Shown here piece after piece: positions 1 to 7,862 of a stretch of 20,000 nucleotides of DNA. Origin of the DNA: an uncultured virus (IMG/VR IMGVR_UViG_3300013382_000010) (Duplodnaviria > Heunggongvirae > Uroviricota > Caudoviricetes); IMG/VR virus record IMGVR_UViG_3300013382_000010; one strand, written 5' to 3'. The position numbers and the translations under genes were made by a program. Positions within the stretch are counted from its first letter, which is position 1. Each line of letters starts with the position of its first letter. A model generated the notes under the pieces. It was not told the origin of the DNA, made no database searches, and worked only from the letters and a program-made list of their open reading frames with translations.

Positions 1-99
1 GAACATTAATTGATAAAGATAATCATATTTATCGTCTAAGCACCAATCTTTCAAAATGGAGGTTATAGCCCCTTCGTATTTAGTTATATTACTTTCCAT
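1..99 (-). CDS. Hypothetical protein, N-terminal part (runs off the left edge)
   Basis: Not in the ORF track. ATG at 99 overlaps the end of the DUF3310 gene and the frame is open to position 1: MESNITKYEGAITSILKDWCLDDKYDYLYQLMF. Confidence 0.7.
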   Translation of the reverse strand, partial: MESNITKYEGAITSILKDWCLDDKYDYLYQLMF

Positions 100-331
100 T
101 AGTCAATTCAATTTCTTTATTTAAATACCATGCAGCTTTCTTCAAATCTTCTGTACCATTTTTATAATGACTTCTCCATAAATATTTAAAAGCATTTAGG
201 TGACAAAATGTTTTAACATTATCATCTCCGAAAGCTGCTTTCATAGCATCTATACATTCTATCCCACCTTGATTGTAATGAGTGGGATGGTTCACATTGT
301 CAGTTGTTTTTTCAGTTGCTTTTGCTACCAT
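89..331 (-). CDS. DUF3310 family protein (T7 gp1.7/SaV-like, putative nucleotide kinase-like)
   Basis: Signature VNHPxHY..GGIECID...NAFKYLWR..KNG.EDLKKA.WYL. Confidence 0.9.
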   Translation of the reverse strand: MVAKATEKTTDNVNHPTHYNQGGIECIDAMKAAFGDDNVKTFCHLNAFKYLWRSHYKNGTEDLKKAAWYLNKEIELTNGK

Positions 332-594
332 ATATTACCACCTTTTATATAAATTCTATCTTTAGAGTAATACTCATATTTCTCGTTAGTAATAGTATCT
401 ACTACTGTTAATACATATCCATTAGGCACTCTTGAGATATAAGATTTAAATGAATTGGTTGGATTATGAAATACCATTTCATTTTTCTCACCATAAGTTT
501 CATATATTAAATTATATCTATTTAAGTGCCTATAGGGATGTGTATTAGTACAGTTAATACATACTAAAGATAGCAGTATTATTATATATTTCAA
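325..594 (-). CDS. Hypothetical exported protein, possible lipoprotein
   Basis: TTG start; MKY followed by hydrophobic IIILLSLVC and INC resembles a signal peptide/lipobox; fits the gene packing. Confidence 0.55.
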   Translation of the reverse strand: MKYIIILLSLVCINCTNTHPYRHLNRYNLIYETYGEKNEMVFHNPTNSFKSYISRVPNGYVLTVVDTITNEKYEYYSKDRIYIKGGNIW

Positions 595-606
595 TCTTAA
601 AATATA

Positions 607-999
607 TTAATCTATAAAACAATATACTCCTTTTATATCAGAATATTCTGCATTATTATGAATATCGTATAGAAATTTAATGTAATCTCTTACAGCTTCT
701 AAGTCTTCAAGATATTCCTTCTTATCAACTATATCCTGAACATCTGGAGATTTAACTTCTTTTGCAGTGTTAATATATAATTGAGCATTGTTTATCTGCC
801 CTTGCAAATCGTTTAGTATGGAATTAAAAGTGTATTCAGTAATTTCTTTCTTTTCCCCTTCAGAAGAATAAAAGTTACCTGCTTCATATACTGTTTGATA
901 TATATCAGAATTTCTAGATATACTATCAAATAGAATAAAGATAGGTTCTTTCATATCCCTCTTCTTTACCTTAAAATATATATTTAAATAGCTACTCAT
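607..999 (-). CDS. Hypothetical phage protein
   Basis: 130-aa ORF, AAATT-ATG start 3 nt after the thyX stop; coiled-coil-like C-terminal half. Confidence 0.75.
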   Translation of the reverse strand: MSSYLNIYFKVKKRDMKEPIFILFDSISRNSDIYQTVYEAGNFYSSEGEKKEITEYTFNSILNDLQGQINNAQLYINTAKEVKSPDVQDIVDKKEYLEDLEAVRDYIKFLYDIHNNAEYSDIKGVYCFID

Positions 1000-1002
1000 A
1001 AT

Positions 1003-1866
1003 TTATACAAAATATTCTTTAGGACAACCATGTTCTTCAAGGAACTTATTTATCTGTTCCTTTACCATTCTCATTACTATCTTGCAATTAGGATGTGCCA
1101 CACCATACTTATCATACAGCCTAAGGTCAAGAATATCTTTCCATTCCTTTATGGTATAGGTATATATAACCTTAGTAGCTGTATCCAATGGTAGAACGCC
1201 TCTTGCATTCTCAGGCTTAAAGCCGTTTTCAAGCATACCTTTATAAGAAGCATAAGCATTCTCCATGTAGTTTAAGTAATCATCCTGTTTCTTTTCATCA
1301 GTATCACTCCACCACCATGGCTTACATATATCCAAACCATCTTTTGATGAACAGTATCTTGTAGACCTCTCAGCAATGTTGTTAGGAGACTTACGATTCA
1401 ATTCCCTTGAAGTTGCAATCTGAGTGGTAATGCAGAAGGTCATGCGAAGACTCTTGAAATATTCAGGATTCTTTTCACACTGCTTTAAGAACTCAGGAGC
1501 ATCCATAGTGACCACAGAACCCTCTTGTAAATTATCTATAGCGTCTCCTACATTCCCAAACATATATTCTTGCATATTACAAGAGACACAGCCCCAATCC
1601 TTGAACACGTTGGAGGATATTGTGAAAGTTATGGACTCCTGTTCTATCTTGGACAACCTTGATAAGTCCAAATATACAGAACCATGCCTAAGCATACTAA
1701 GATGGCCTTTATTTATAAGACCTTGCACAAGTTTATTATCTTGCTCTAGAGTATGGGGTTTATCCTCCCCACCATAACATACCCTCGCACATCTTGCTAT
1801 ATGTTGATTAGAGGTTACTTTACTTTCATCAAAAAATTCAACTTTCGGTTCTATTAATTTTAGCAT
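1003..1866 (-). CDS. thyX: FAD-dependent thymidylate synthase ThyX
   Basis: ARCARVCY, GHLSMLRH, RELNR...ERSTRY, Y..ML..G.KPENARGVLP, W..IL.LR and AHP motifs of the Thy1 family. Confidence 0.9.
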   Translation of the reverse strand: MLKLIEPKVEFFDESKVTSNQHIARCARVCYGGEDKPHTLEQDNKLVQGLINKGHLSMLRHGSVYLDLSRLSKIEQESITFTISSNVFKDWGCVSCNMQEYMFGNVGDAIDNLQEGSVVTMDAPEFLKQCEKNPEYFKSLRMTFCITTQIATSRELNRKSPNNIAERSTRYCSSKDGLDICKPWWWSDTDEKKQDDYLNYMENAYASYKGMLENGFKPENARGVLPLDTATKVIYTYTIKEWKDILDLRLYDKYGVAHPNCKIVMRMVKEQINKFLEEHGCPKEYFV

Positions 1867-2065
1867 TTTCTAATAATTTTTTACCTTTTTCAGTTAATCT
1901 AAATGTTGTATTGGAATTTGTAATACTATCTATATCATTTAGTATATCCATGATGGCATTACCATCTCCTATTGGTATAAACTTTCCTATATCAAGGTCT
2001 CCGCATTCTACATATATTCCATTATCAAAGAAATGAAATACGGCTGTTGTGTTTTCTCCTGTCAT
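1838..2065 (-). CDS. Hypothetical phage protein
   Basis: 75-aa ORF with an ATGA overlap with the upstream stop. Confidence 0.65.
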   Translation of the reverse strand: MTGENTTAVFHFFDNGIYVECGDLDIGKFIPIGDGNAIMDILNDIDSITNSNTTFRLTEKGKKLLENAKINRTES

Positions 2066-3132
2066 TCTTTTTCTAGTATTACTTCTGTAAACATTTGATT
2101 CTTAAGTTTGTACCAAGTATTTGCCTTAATACGTTCACCATCAACATACTCTGTTTTCACATACTTGGGAACTCTTTGTTTCATCATGTCGTCCCATGCC
2201 CATTCTGTAAGTGTAATCCAAGAACCAACTTCTGCTTTTACAACGGATTTGTCTCCTGCACACATGATTATAGAATCTTTACCAGTGCTGACAATCTTAG
2301 TAGAGTCACCACTCGAATTGATTATAGCACGGTTACCACTCGAACAAACATGAGCACAGTAACCTGTGGAACTAATCCGGGCGAAATAACCACTTGAACC
2401 AATTTGAACATAGTAGTCACTCGAACTAATTTGAGCGTAGTCACCTTCGGAAAGAATTTTAGCAAAATCACCGCTAGAACTGACCTGAGCAAAATTCCCA
2501 CTAGAACCAATATTGGCAGAATTACCACTAGAACTAATTTTGGCATAGTCTCTGTCTGAACTAATCCAGGCATGGTCATCACTCGAACTAATCCTAACAT
2601 AGAAACTACTATTATCGTTTGGGCCAGTTGTTTTTTCCGTCTTAGATTGTGAAGTAATATTCTTTAGCCATTTAATACATATTTTGATAATGTCAGAAAG
2701 TTTTAGCTCAACCTTAATTTTAATACGAGAAGAACAAACTTTTGTTGAGTTATCTCCTCTATCAATTTTACCAGATTGCTCAACCTCGGCAAAGCGGGAG
2801 TTGACTATATCATAATAGTTAAAAACTTCCCAAGGTGATCCACACGCGTGAAAACCACGGCTGCAACATTTAATATCACCATCCACCTCGTATTCTTTAC
2901 CAACTTCGTACTGAAAGCCCCGACACTGCATATTTTTATCGAAGCCTTTGTAGGACTTTATTACTCTATCTTCTTTCATATTCCCAATATTTAACCTAAA
3001 AATAAAATTATCACATTCATTTACATCATCTGACATTGCTATCTCATCCCAACACCTACCTTTGTCTTGGTAAATGCAAGATCTGCTACAATGTTCCCTT
3101 ATATCTATATTCTTTTCGTCAACCATAATCAA
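2062..3132 (-). CDS. Phage protein with YKGF...GFHAC N-terminal domain (DUF7666-like) and 9-aa Ser/Gly repeats; alternative start at 2979
   Basis: YKGFDKNMQCRGFQYEVGKEYE, GFHAC.SP, SRFAEVE and C-terminal VDGERIKANTWYKL are typical of this widespread phage family; central repeats. Confidence 0.85.
   Translation of the reverse strand: MIMVDEKNIDIREHCSRSCIYQDKGRCWDEIAMSDDVNECDNFIFRLNIGNMKEDRVIKSYKGFDKNMQCRGFQYEVGKEYEVDGDIKCCSRGFHACGSPWEVFNYYDIVNSRFAEVEQSGKIDRGDNSTKVCSSRIKIKVELKLSDIIKICIKWLKNITSQSKTEKTTGPNDNSSFYVRISSSDDHAWISSDRDYAKISSSGNSANIGSSGNFAQVSSSGDFAKILSEGDYAQISSSDYYVQIGSSGYFARISSTGYCAHVCSSGNRAIINSSGDSTKIVSTGKDSIIMCAGDKSVVKAEVGSWITLTEWAWDDMMKQRVPKYVKTEYVDGERIKANTWYKLKNQMFTEVILEKE
2266..2589 (-). 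repeat. 12 degenerate tandem 27-bp (9-aa) coding repeats, consensus near SSSGDYAxI
   Basis: Units SSSDDHAWI, SSDRDYAKI, SSSGNSANI, GSSGNFAQV, SSSGDFAKI, LSEGDYAQI, SSSDYYVQI, GSSGYFARI, SSTGYCAHV, CSSGNRAII, NSSGDSTKI, VSTGKDSII; ACT[CA]GAACTAAT recurs on the + strand. Confidence 0.9.
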
Positions 3133-3815
3133 TCTTCCTTATAGTCATTAAAAGTGCCTATGAGTTTGGCGGTATCTTTGTTGTAGGGAAGTATCTCGCT
3201 ATACCATCCACCAATACAGTAGTAAGATTTATCATCAGCATAGCCGAATATTTCAGGGCGCCAAGCATCCCCATTATATCTTGCTACCACCTTTTCATAA
3301 GGCTCAAACTTAGGCTTAGTAGGCTTGTTAGGAATTATCTCTAAGGTCTCCATGCTGAACTTGCTATTAAAGGTTTCCTCAACTTCCTTGATATATTCCC
3401 TCGCCTCTTCTGGACTGACTTTTTCGTACCAGTCTTCTACACTTTCTTTAGTAACTTCTGGGGCAATAAATACTCCATCTGCTCTATTGTATCGCATATA
3501 TTTTGCTTCAAAACAAGTGTAGGAATCATCTGAGAACTTATCAAAGAAACAAAACATATTTCCATCACTTTTGAGTATGTCACCTCTTTTCCATGCGAAC
3601 TTTGACCAGTCGCACATTTCCTTAGAGGGGAATAACATGAGGTCTCCACCCCTGCTGTATCTACCATCTCCGTAAAAGTTACGCTTTTCCTCTGCATTAA
3701 TTTTCACAAAAATGATTCCATCATTATCTATATGGTCAAAAGTAACATATCCCCAAATAGGAGTATAGAGCTTGGTGCCTTGTGACTTGTTTTTAAGAAT
3801 TTCCGCTATGTTCAT
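3129..3815 (-). CDS. Hypothetical Bacteroidales phage protein
   Basis: 228-aa ORF; MNIAEILK..GTKLY.PIWG.V, LFPSKE..DW and FEPYEKVVAR resemble a common Prevotella/Bacteroides phage family (from memory). Confidence 0.75.
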   Translation of the reverse strand: MNIAEILKNKSQGTKLYTPIWGYVTFDHIDNDGIIFVKINAEEKRNFYGDGRYSRGGDLMLFPSKEMCDWSKFAWKRGDILKSDGNMFCFFDKFSDDSYTCFEAKYMRYNRADGVFIAPEVTKESVEDWYEKVSPEEAREYIKEVEETFNSKFSMETLEIIPNKPTKPKFEPYEKVVARYNGDAWRPEIFGYADDKSYYCIGGWYSEILPYNKDTAKLIGTFNDYKED

Positions 3816-3836
3816 AATTTTAATGGTATTGAAAGT

Positions 3837-4079
3837 TTATACATTTAAAGTATATTTAGTAATCCAGTCACCACACTGTTCACATGTACCCAAATCCTCA
3901 TAATTTCCTTGAGATTCTATCAAGTTTATTAGAGTTTGTTGTAAAGTACCTATATCAGATATTTTATCAACAGCTTTTTTAATAGCTGCTTTTATATCTT
4001 CTATAGGTAATTCAACAGATTCTTTACCATCTATAGTTAAAGAATCACATATACATCCTGAAATACTTACTAATTTCAT
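3837..4079 (-). CDS. Hypothetical protein with C-terminal CxxC motif
   Basis: Start reassigned to ATG 4079 (ATGA overlap with the upstream stop); CEQCGD near the C-terminus and GCIC near the N-terminus. Confidence 0.7.
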   Translation of the reverse strand: MKLVSISGCICDSLTIDGKESVELPIEDIKAAIKKAVDKISDIGTLQQTLINLIESQGNYEDLGTCEQCGDWITKYTLNV

Positions 4080-4378
4080 ATTTGATCTGATAACCATCCT
4101 TCGCTGTCCTTACATGTATGAAATTCACAATAAGGGCATCCCCATTCTACTGATAAACAACACATATCAATATCTTTTTTATTAGGCAATCCATCAAATA
4201 ATTTATTCATTTCTTCTTCTGGAAATACCCATTTAGAGTTAAAATATATGTCTAAATTCTCAGAATCCATTATCTGAACATCTCCATCTAAAACATTATT
4301 AAAGAACTCTTTTATATATTCTAGATTCTTAGGATCTGTTGAATATACCCTGAGTGTATTCTCGCAAATGTTAGCCAT
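4076..4378 (-). CDS. Hypothetical protein, YubB/Api92-like ferredoxin-fold candidate
   Basis: MANICENTL...FNSKWVFP...EWG matches the MxNxCxNxL / FxxxWxxP / ExG pattern; start reassigned to 4378. Confidence 0.6.
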   Translation of the reverse strand: MANICENTLRVYSTDPKNLEYIKEFFNNVLDGDVQIMDSENLDIYFNSKWVFPEEEMNKLFDGLPNKKDIDMCCLSVEWGCPYCEFHTCKDSEGWLSDQI

Positions 4379-4979
4379 TATTTTCAATTTTAGAATTTAT
4401 AATATCTAATATCTGATTCCAAGATATTGGATAATAATTATTATTATCTACTCCTACATCATATTGATAAGGAAATGTCATATTTAGTCTAGATGTATCT
4501 TTATTTTCATTATTTTGATTACTATGGACATGCCCATACAGTTGTATTACAGCATGATTGGGTTCTCTGTACGTTCCCCCATAGCACAAGAATGGATAGT
4601 GATTTAAATATACATATCTTCCGTCGATATTAAGAAGTAATTGAGAAGCTACTCCTTCAAATAAATCAAATGTCTGGTGCCCTGGATACCGCAGATCGTC
4701 ATGGTTACCTACAATCAAATAGATATGCCCATTTAGACTATTAATTATTTCTTTCCATCTACCATTAGTAGCAAATGCAAAATCCCCTAAATGGAATACT
4801 ATATCTTCAGGTTTTACTACTTTATTCCAATTTTCTATCAGAGCATTATCCATTTCTTCTACAGTATTCCACGGACGATTACAGAATTTAATTATATTTC
4901 TATGACCAAAATGGGTATCAGAGGTAAACCAAATATTTACCTCTGAAGTGCTTAATTTTAAAGGTTTAATATATTCCAT
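4371..4979 (-). CDS. Calcineurin-like metallophosphoesterase
   Basis: All motifs intact: SDTHFGH, HLGDF, GNHD, HYP, GHVH, DVGVD. Probable start at 4979 (TAATG overlap). Confidence 0.92.
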   Translation of the reverse strand: MEYIKPLKLSTSEVNIWFTSDTHFGHRNIIKFCNRPWNTVEEMDNALIENWNKVVKPEDIVFHLGDFAFATNGRWKEIINSLNGHIYLIVGNHDDLRYPGHQTFDLFEGVASQLLLNIDGRYVYLNHYPFLCYGGTYREPNHAVIQLYGHVHSNQNNENKDTSRLNMTFPYQYDVGVDNNNYYPISWNQILDIINSKIENNG

Positions 4980-5338
4980 TACAACAGATATTTTATCCAA
5001 GCATAATGCTTTCTGTGATTTATATAATCGGAGTTTTCCTCATTAGTATATGCTTCTTGTTCTAATGACAAACTTCTATAAACTCTTTTAAAGTAACTCC
5101 TACCGGGTTTAGAAAAATTCTTAGTCAATGAAGGTATAAAGAATTTTATAATAAATTCTAACCCATAAATTAAGAAGAAACCGATTATAAGAGTTTCTTT
5201 ATACTGCTCCCAATGAATAGCTTCGTGATTAATATCTTCTCCACTAAGAGTAGAATCTTTTTTAATGAAGATAAATGGGCCAATTGTTAAAGCCTTAAAA
5301 CCAGATGGTGGTAGAATTTTATTTACAATGATTTTCAT
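4979..5338 (-). CDS. HExxH putative Zn-metallopeptidase-like membrane-associated protein
   Basis: INHEAIHWEQYKE, a hydrophobic segment and EQEAY. Confidence 0.7.
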   Translation of the reverse strand: MKIIVNKILPPSGFKALTIGPFIFIKKDSTLSGEDINHEAIHWEQYKETLIIGFFLIYGLEFIIKFFIPSLTKNFSKPGRSYFKRVYRSLSLEQEAYTNEENSDYINHRKHYAWIKYLL

Positions 5339-5354
5339 ATATATAAAATTTAAG

Positions 5355-5630
5355 TTAATCTTCTATTACGTCTAAGTTATCTTCTGTCCAATTAGAGCAT
5401 TCTTTTATAAGATATTCAGAATATTCCTTATTCGGTAAAACCTTTCTTTGAAGATAACTCTTAAATTCACTTATTAATTCTATTGGTGTTAGATGAGAAT
5501 ATATATATCCTTCTTTTAGATTTACATATTCTTCATCTAATTTATCATAATCTGTTAATACATTATCAACAGATTTACTTAAAGTTTGTGAACATAGAAC
5601 ACAAACTGGCTTTCTTATAATATTATTCAT
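5355..5630 (-). CDS. Hypothetical phage protein
   Basis: Probable start MNNIIRK at 5630, overlapping the upstream stop. Confidence 0.65.
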   Translation of the reverse strand: MNNIIRKPVCVLCSQTLSKSVDNVLTDYDKLDEEYVNLKEGYIYSHLTPIELISEFKSYLQRKVLPNKEYSEYLIKECSNWTEDNLDVIED

Positions 5631-6129
5631 TGTAAGCAAGTATTCTATAATCTTGATAATTAGGAGCAATTTTCAAAAGTGCTTTACAATAAGTTCTTAT
5701 CTTATACACTAATTGATCGTAACTTCCCATTTCGTGAACTTTTGGATTAAATTTGCAGTAATATTCTTTATTTGTTGCCAATTCCATATAAGAATCTAGT
5801 ACTGAATTTATATAATAAGGAAATGATATATTTAACAGATCTTCTGGATGCCATAATATATCATATAGAGTATTGGGTTCGACTATTAAAGCTGAAGTTC
5901 TATCTTTACAATGCTTGGCCATTTTAATTAGAGTATCTTCAATTCTCGTATGAAACCAAACTTTATACCTATAAGACTTTTCACCTATTGTGGCACTATC
6001 AATATCTGGAAAATATTTAGATACTTCTTTTTTAGTACCAAACTCCATAAATTCTCCACCTTCGCTAAGACACACTCCAGTAGTCTCAAATACTCTAGGA
6101 TTTTTATCTATTATATATAAATGTAACAT
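5623..6129 (-). CDS. Hypothetical phage protein
   Basis: 168-aa ORF tightly packed between its neighbours. Confidence 0.7.
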   Translation of the reverse strand: MLHLYIIDKNPRVFETTGVCLSEGGEFMEFGTKKEVSKYFPDIDSATIGEKSYRYKVWFHTRIEDTLIKMAKHCKDRTSALIVEPNTLYDILWHPEDLLNISFPYYINSVLDSYMELATNKEYYCKFNPKVHEMGSYDQLVYKIRTYCKALLKIAPNYQDYRILAYNE

Positions 6130-6133
6130 AATT

Positions 6134-7156
6134 TTATTTATTTATAGCTAAATATGAATTATTACTTATATCAATAATTTTAGAATTTTCGTAAAATTCT
6201 TCCAAATTTTTGGCATTACAGTAACTCATTGCAGATTGTAGATAATCTTTCATATTATCAGTCCACTGCTTTAAAGTATACTTTATTGGAAGATATTTAG
6301 CAATTCCTTCTGCAGTATGTTTCTTTTCACCAAAGAGGTCAATCTGACCCTGCTTCGAAGCCATACCATAGAATTTATGATAAATATCCCCATCTAGACA
6401 TCTAGTATGTTTATATTTACCATCAGAAGTTTTATAATATATTTCATCTTTATTAGATTCATAGCATTGAGAAAACAGACTTCCTATCATTACATAATTT
6501 GCCCCTAAAGCCAGTGCTTTAATTACATCGGAATAATTTCTAATTCCTCCATCAGCAATTATTTTAATTTTATTTTTATTCTCTTTGGCATTCCAATTAT
6601 ATCTATAAAGAGTAGCATTATGAATTAGAGATGCCATAGGACAATGTATACCTGTGTTAGAAGAAGTAATGCATCCACTTCCACCACCTATTCCTAGTCT
6701 TATATAATCTACAGATCCCCATTTTACAATAGTATCAAGTAGATTTGGATTGGCAATATTTCCTGTCATTATAACAAGTTTTGGATATTTCTCCTTTTTA
6801 GCATTAATGCAGTCATATAGATACATCATATGGCCATTAGCTACATCTACACAAACTTTACTAATTTTTGGAAATTCTGTTTCATTAAACTCTTCCAAAG
6901 ACATTGCTACCCAATACCCTTTATTCATATACTTTATACGTACATCGTAAGGTATATTTCTTGGAAGGATAGGTGTAATATTGTTATTTATATAATCATT
7001 AAGATTCTCTTCCAATACTATACAACTCATAGGAGCTGTAAATATAGGTAAAGATTTAATATTAAAATCAGTTAAATAAGGGTAACATTCTTCTCTATGA
7101 TGAATATTAGAAAAATTTCTTGGAATTATTGAAACGTCATTATAACTTAAATACAT
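6134..7156 (-). CDS. guaC: GMP reductase / IMP dehydrogenase family oxidoreductase (GMPR-like, no CBS domains)
   Basis: SYNDVSIIP, PIFTAPM, VDVANGH, GNIA, GIGGGSGCIT (catalytic Cys), IADGGIR, KALALGA.YVMIGS, FYGMAS, AEG, SAMSY. The family call is firm; GuaC versus GuaB is inferred. Confidence 0.8.
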   Translation of the reverse strand: MYLSYNDVSIIPRNFSNIHHREECYPYLTDFNIKSLPIFTAPMSCIVLEENLNDYINNNITPILPRNIPYDVRIKYMNKGYWVAMSLEEFNETEFPKISKVCVDVANGHMMYLYDCINAKKEKYPKLVIMTGNIANPNLLDTIVKWGSVDYIRLGIGGGSGCITSSNTGIHCPMASLIHNATLYRYNWNAKENKNKIKIIADGGIRNYSDVIKALALGANYVMIGSLFSQCYESNKDEIYYKTSDGKYKHTRCLDGDIYHKFYGMASKQGQIDLFGEKKHTAEGIAKYLPIKYTLKQWTDNMKDYLQSAMSYCNAKNLEEFYENSKIIDISNNSYLAINK

Positions 7157-7175
7157 AATTATTGATGGATAAAAA

Positions 7176-7269
7176 ATTGATTTTAAGATACTTATTAATA
7201 AAAATTCAAGATTTAAATTTGATTATTGATAAAATACTTGTAATTAAAAATAAATATCTTAAAATCAAT
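7176..7269. repeat. Long imperfect inverted repeat with perfect 15-bp outer arms
   Basis: ATTGATTTTAAGATA (7176-7190) is the exact reverse complement of TATCTTAAAATCAAT (7255-7269); pairing continues inward imperfectly. Confidence 0.85.
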
Positions 7270-7281
7270 CTTATAAATTAT

Positions 7282-7860
7282 TTAATTATATTCTATAAAA
7301 TCAATTAATAACACTTTGTTATTAGAAGATAAATCATCTATATGAGATTGTAAAAACTTACGATTATAATGTTTAGCATAAAACTTAGTACCTAATAAAT
7401 AAAGATACCAAGGAGCCGAAACACTTGCATGATGTTCTATAACTTCTGTTATGGTATTAGAATATTTTTTTATATCCCAATCCCAATAACATATAGCACA
7501 ATCTATATTTAGATGATTCTCATCTTTTAATTTTGTTATAAAATCTGTAAATTTCTTAGTATACTCTTTCGTATTATCTACTTTATACCTCTCATCAAAT
7601 ATAAATCTATAATAAACATCTTTTTTCTTAAAGAGTTTAAACAGATCCGTACAGTCATAGAGATACCCATAATCTATTCTATTATGACATAAATGCCATT
7701 GATTATCTATTAATCTTAGTCTTATATCAAAATATCTAACTCCCAAAGAATATTGTTCTAATAAAGTTAGTTTTTGACAATCTGACCAGATTTTAGTATA
7801 CTTACGCAATCCTTTATTTTTAATTGGTAAGTAACTTATACTATTATGACTTCCTAACAT
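7282..7860 (-). CDS. PI-PLC X-domain-like phosphodiesterase
   Basis: GSHNS, CQ..TL.EQ...GVRYFDIR and LCH motifs (both catalytic His positions); probable start MLGSHN at 7860. Confidence 0.8.
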   Translation of the reverse strand: MLGSHNSISYLPIKNKGLRKYTKIWSDCQKLTLLEQYSLGVRYFDIRLRLIDNQWHLCHNRIDYGYLYDCTDLFKLFKKKDVYYRFIFDERYKVDNTKEYTKKFTDFITKLKDENHLNIDCAICYWDWDIKKYSNTITEVIEHHASVSAPWYLYLLGTKFYAKHYNRKFLQSHIDDLSSNNKVLLIDFIEYN

Positions 7861-7862
7861 AA

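Noticed and set aside
3..68. End of a convergent plus-strand gene (frame 3 open until TAG at 66-68)
   Set aside because: Better explained by the minus-strand ORF starting at ATG 99, which continues the operon.
2266..2589. CRISPR array or DGR template/variable repeat
   Set aside because: The 27-bp units are in-frame degenerate coding repeats without spacers; no reverse transcriptase or adenine-specific repeat pair is visible.
7214..7221. Plus-strand TAAATTTG match to the Bacteroidota -7 element inside the inverted repeat
   Set aside because: It faces antisense to the genes, has no -33 element at the right spacing and is expected by chance in such AT-rich DNA.
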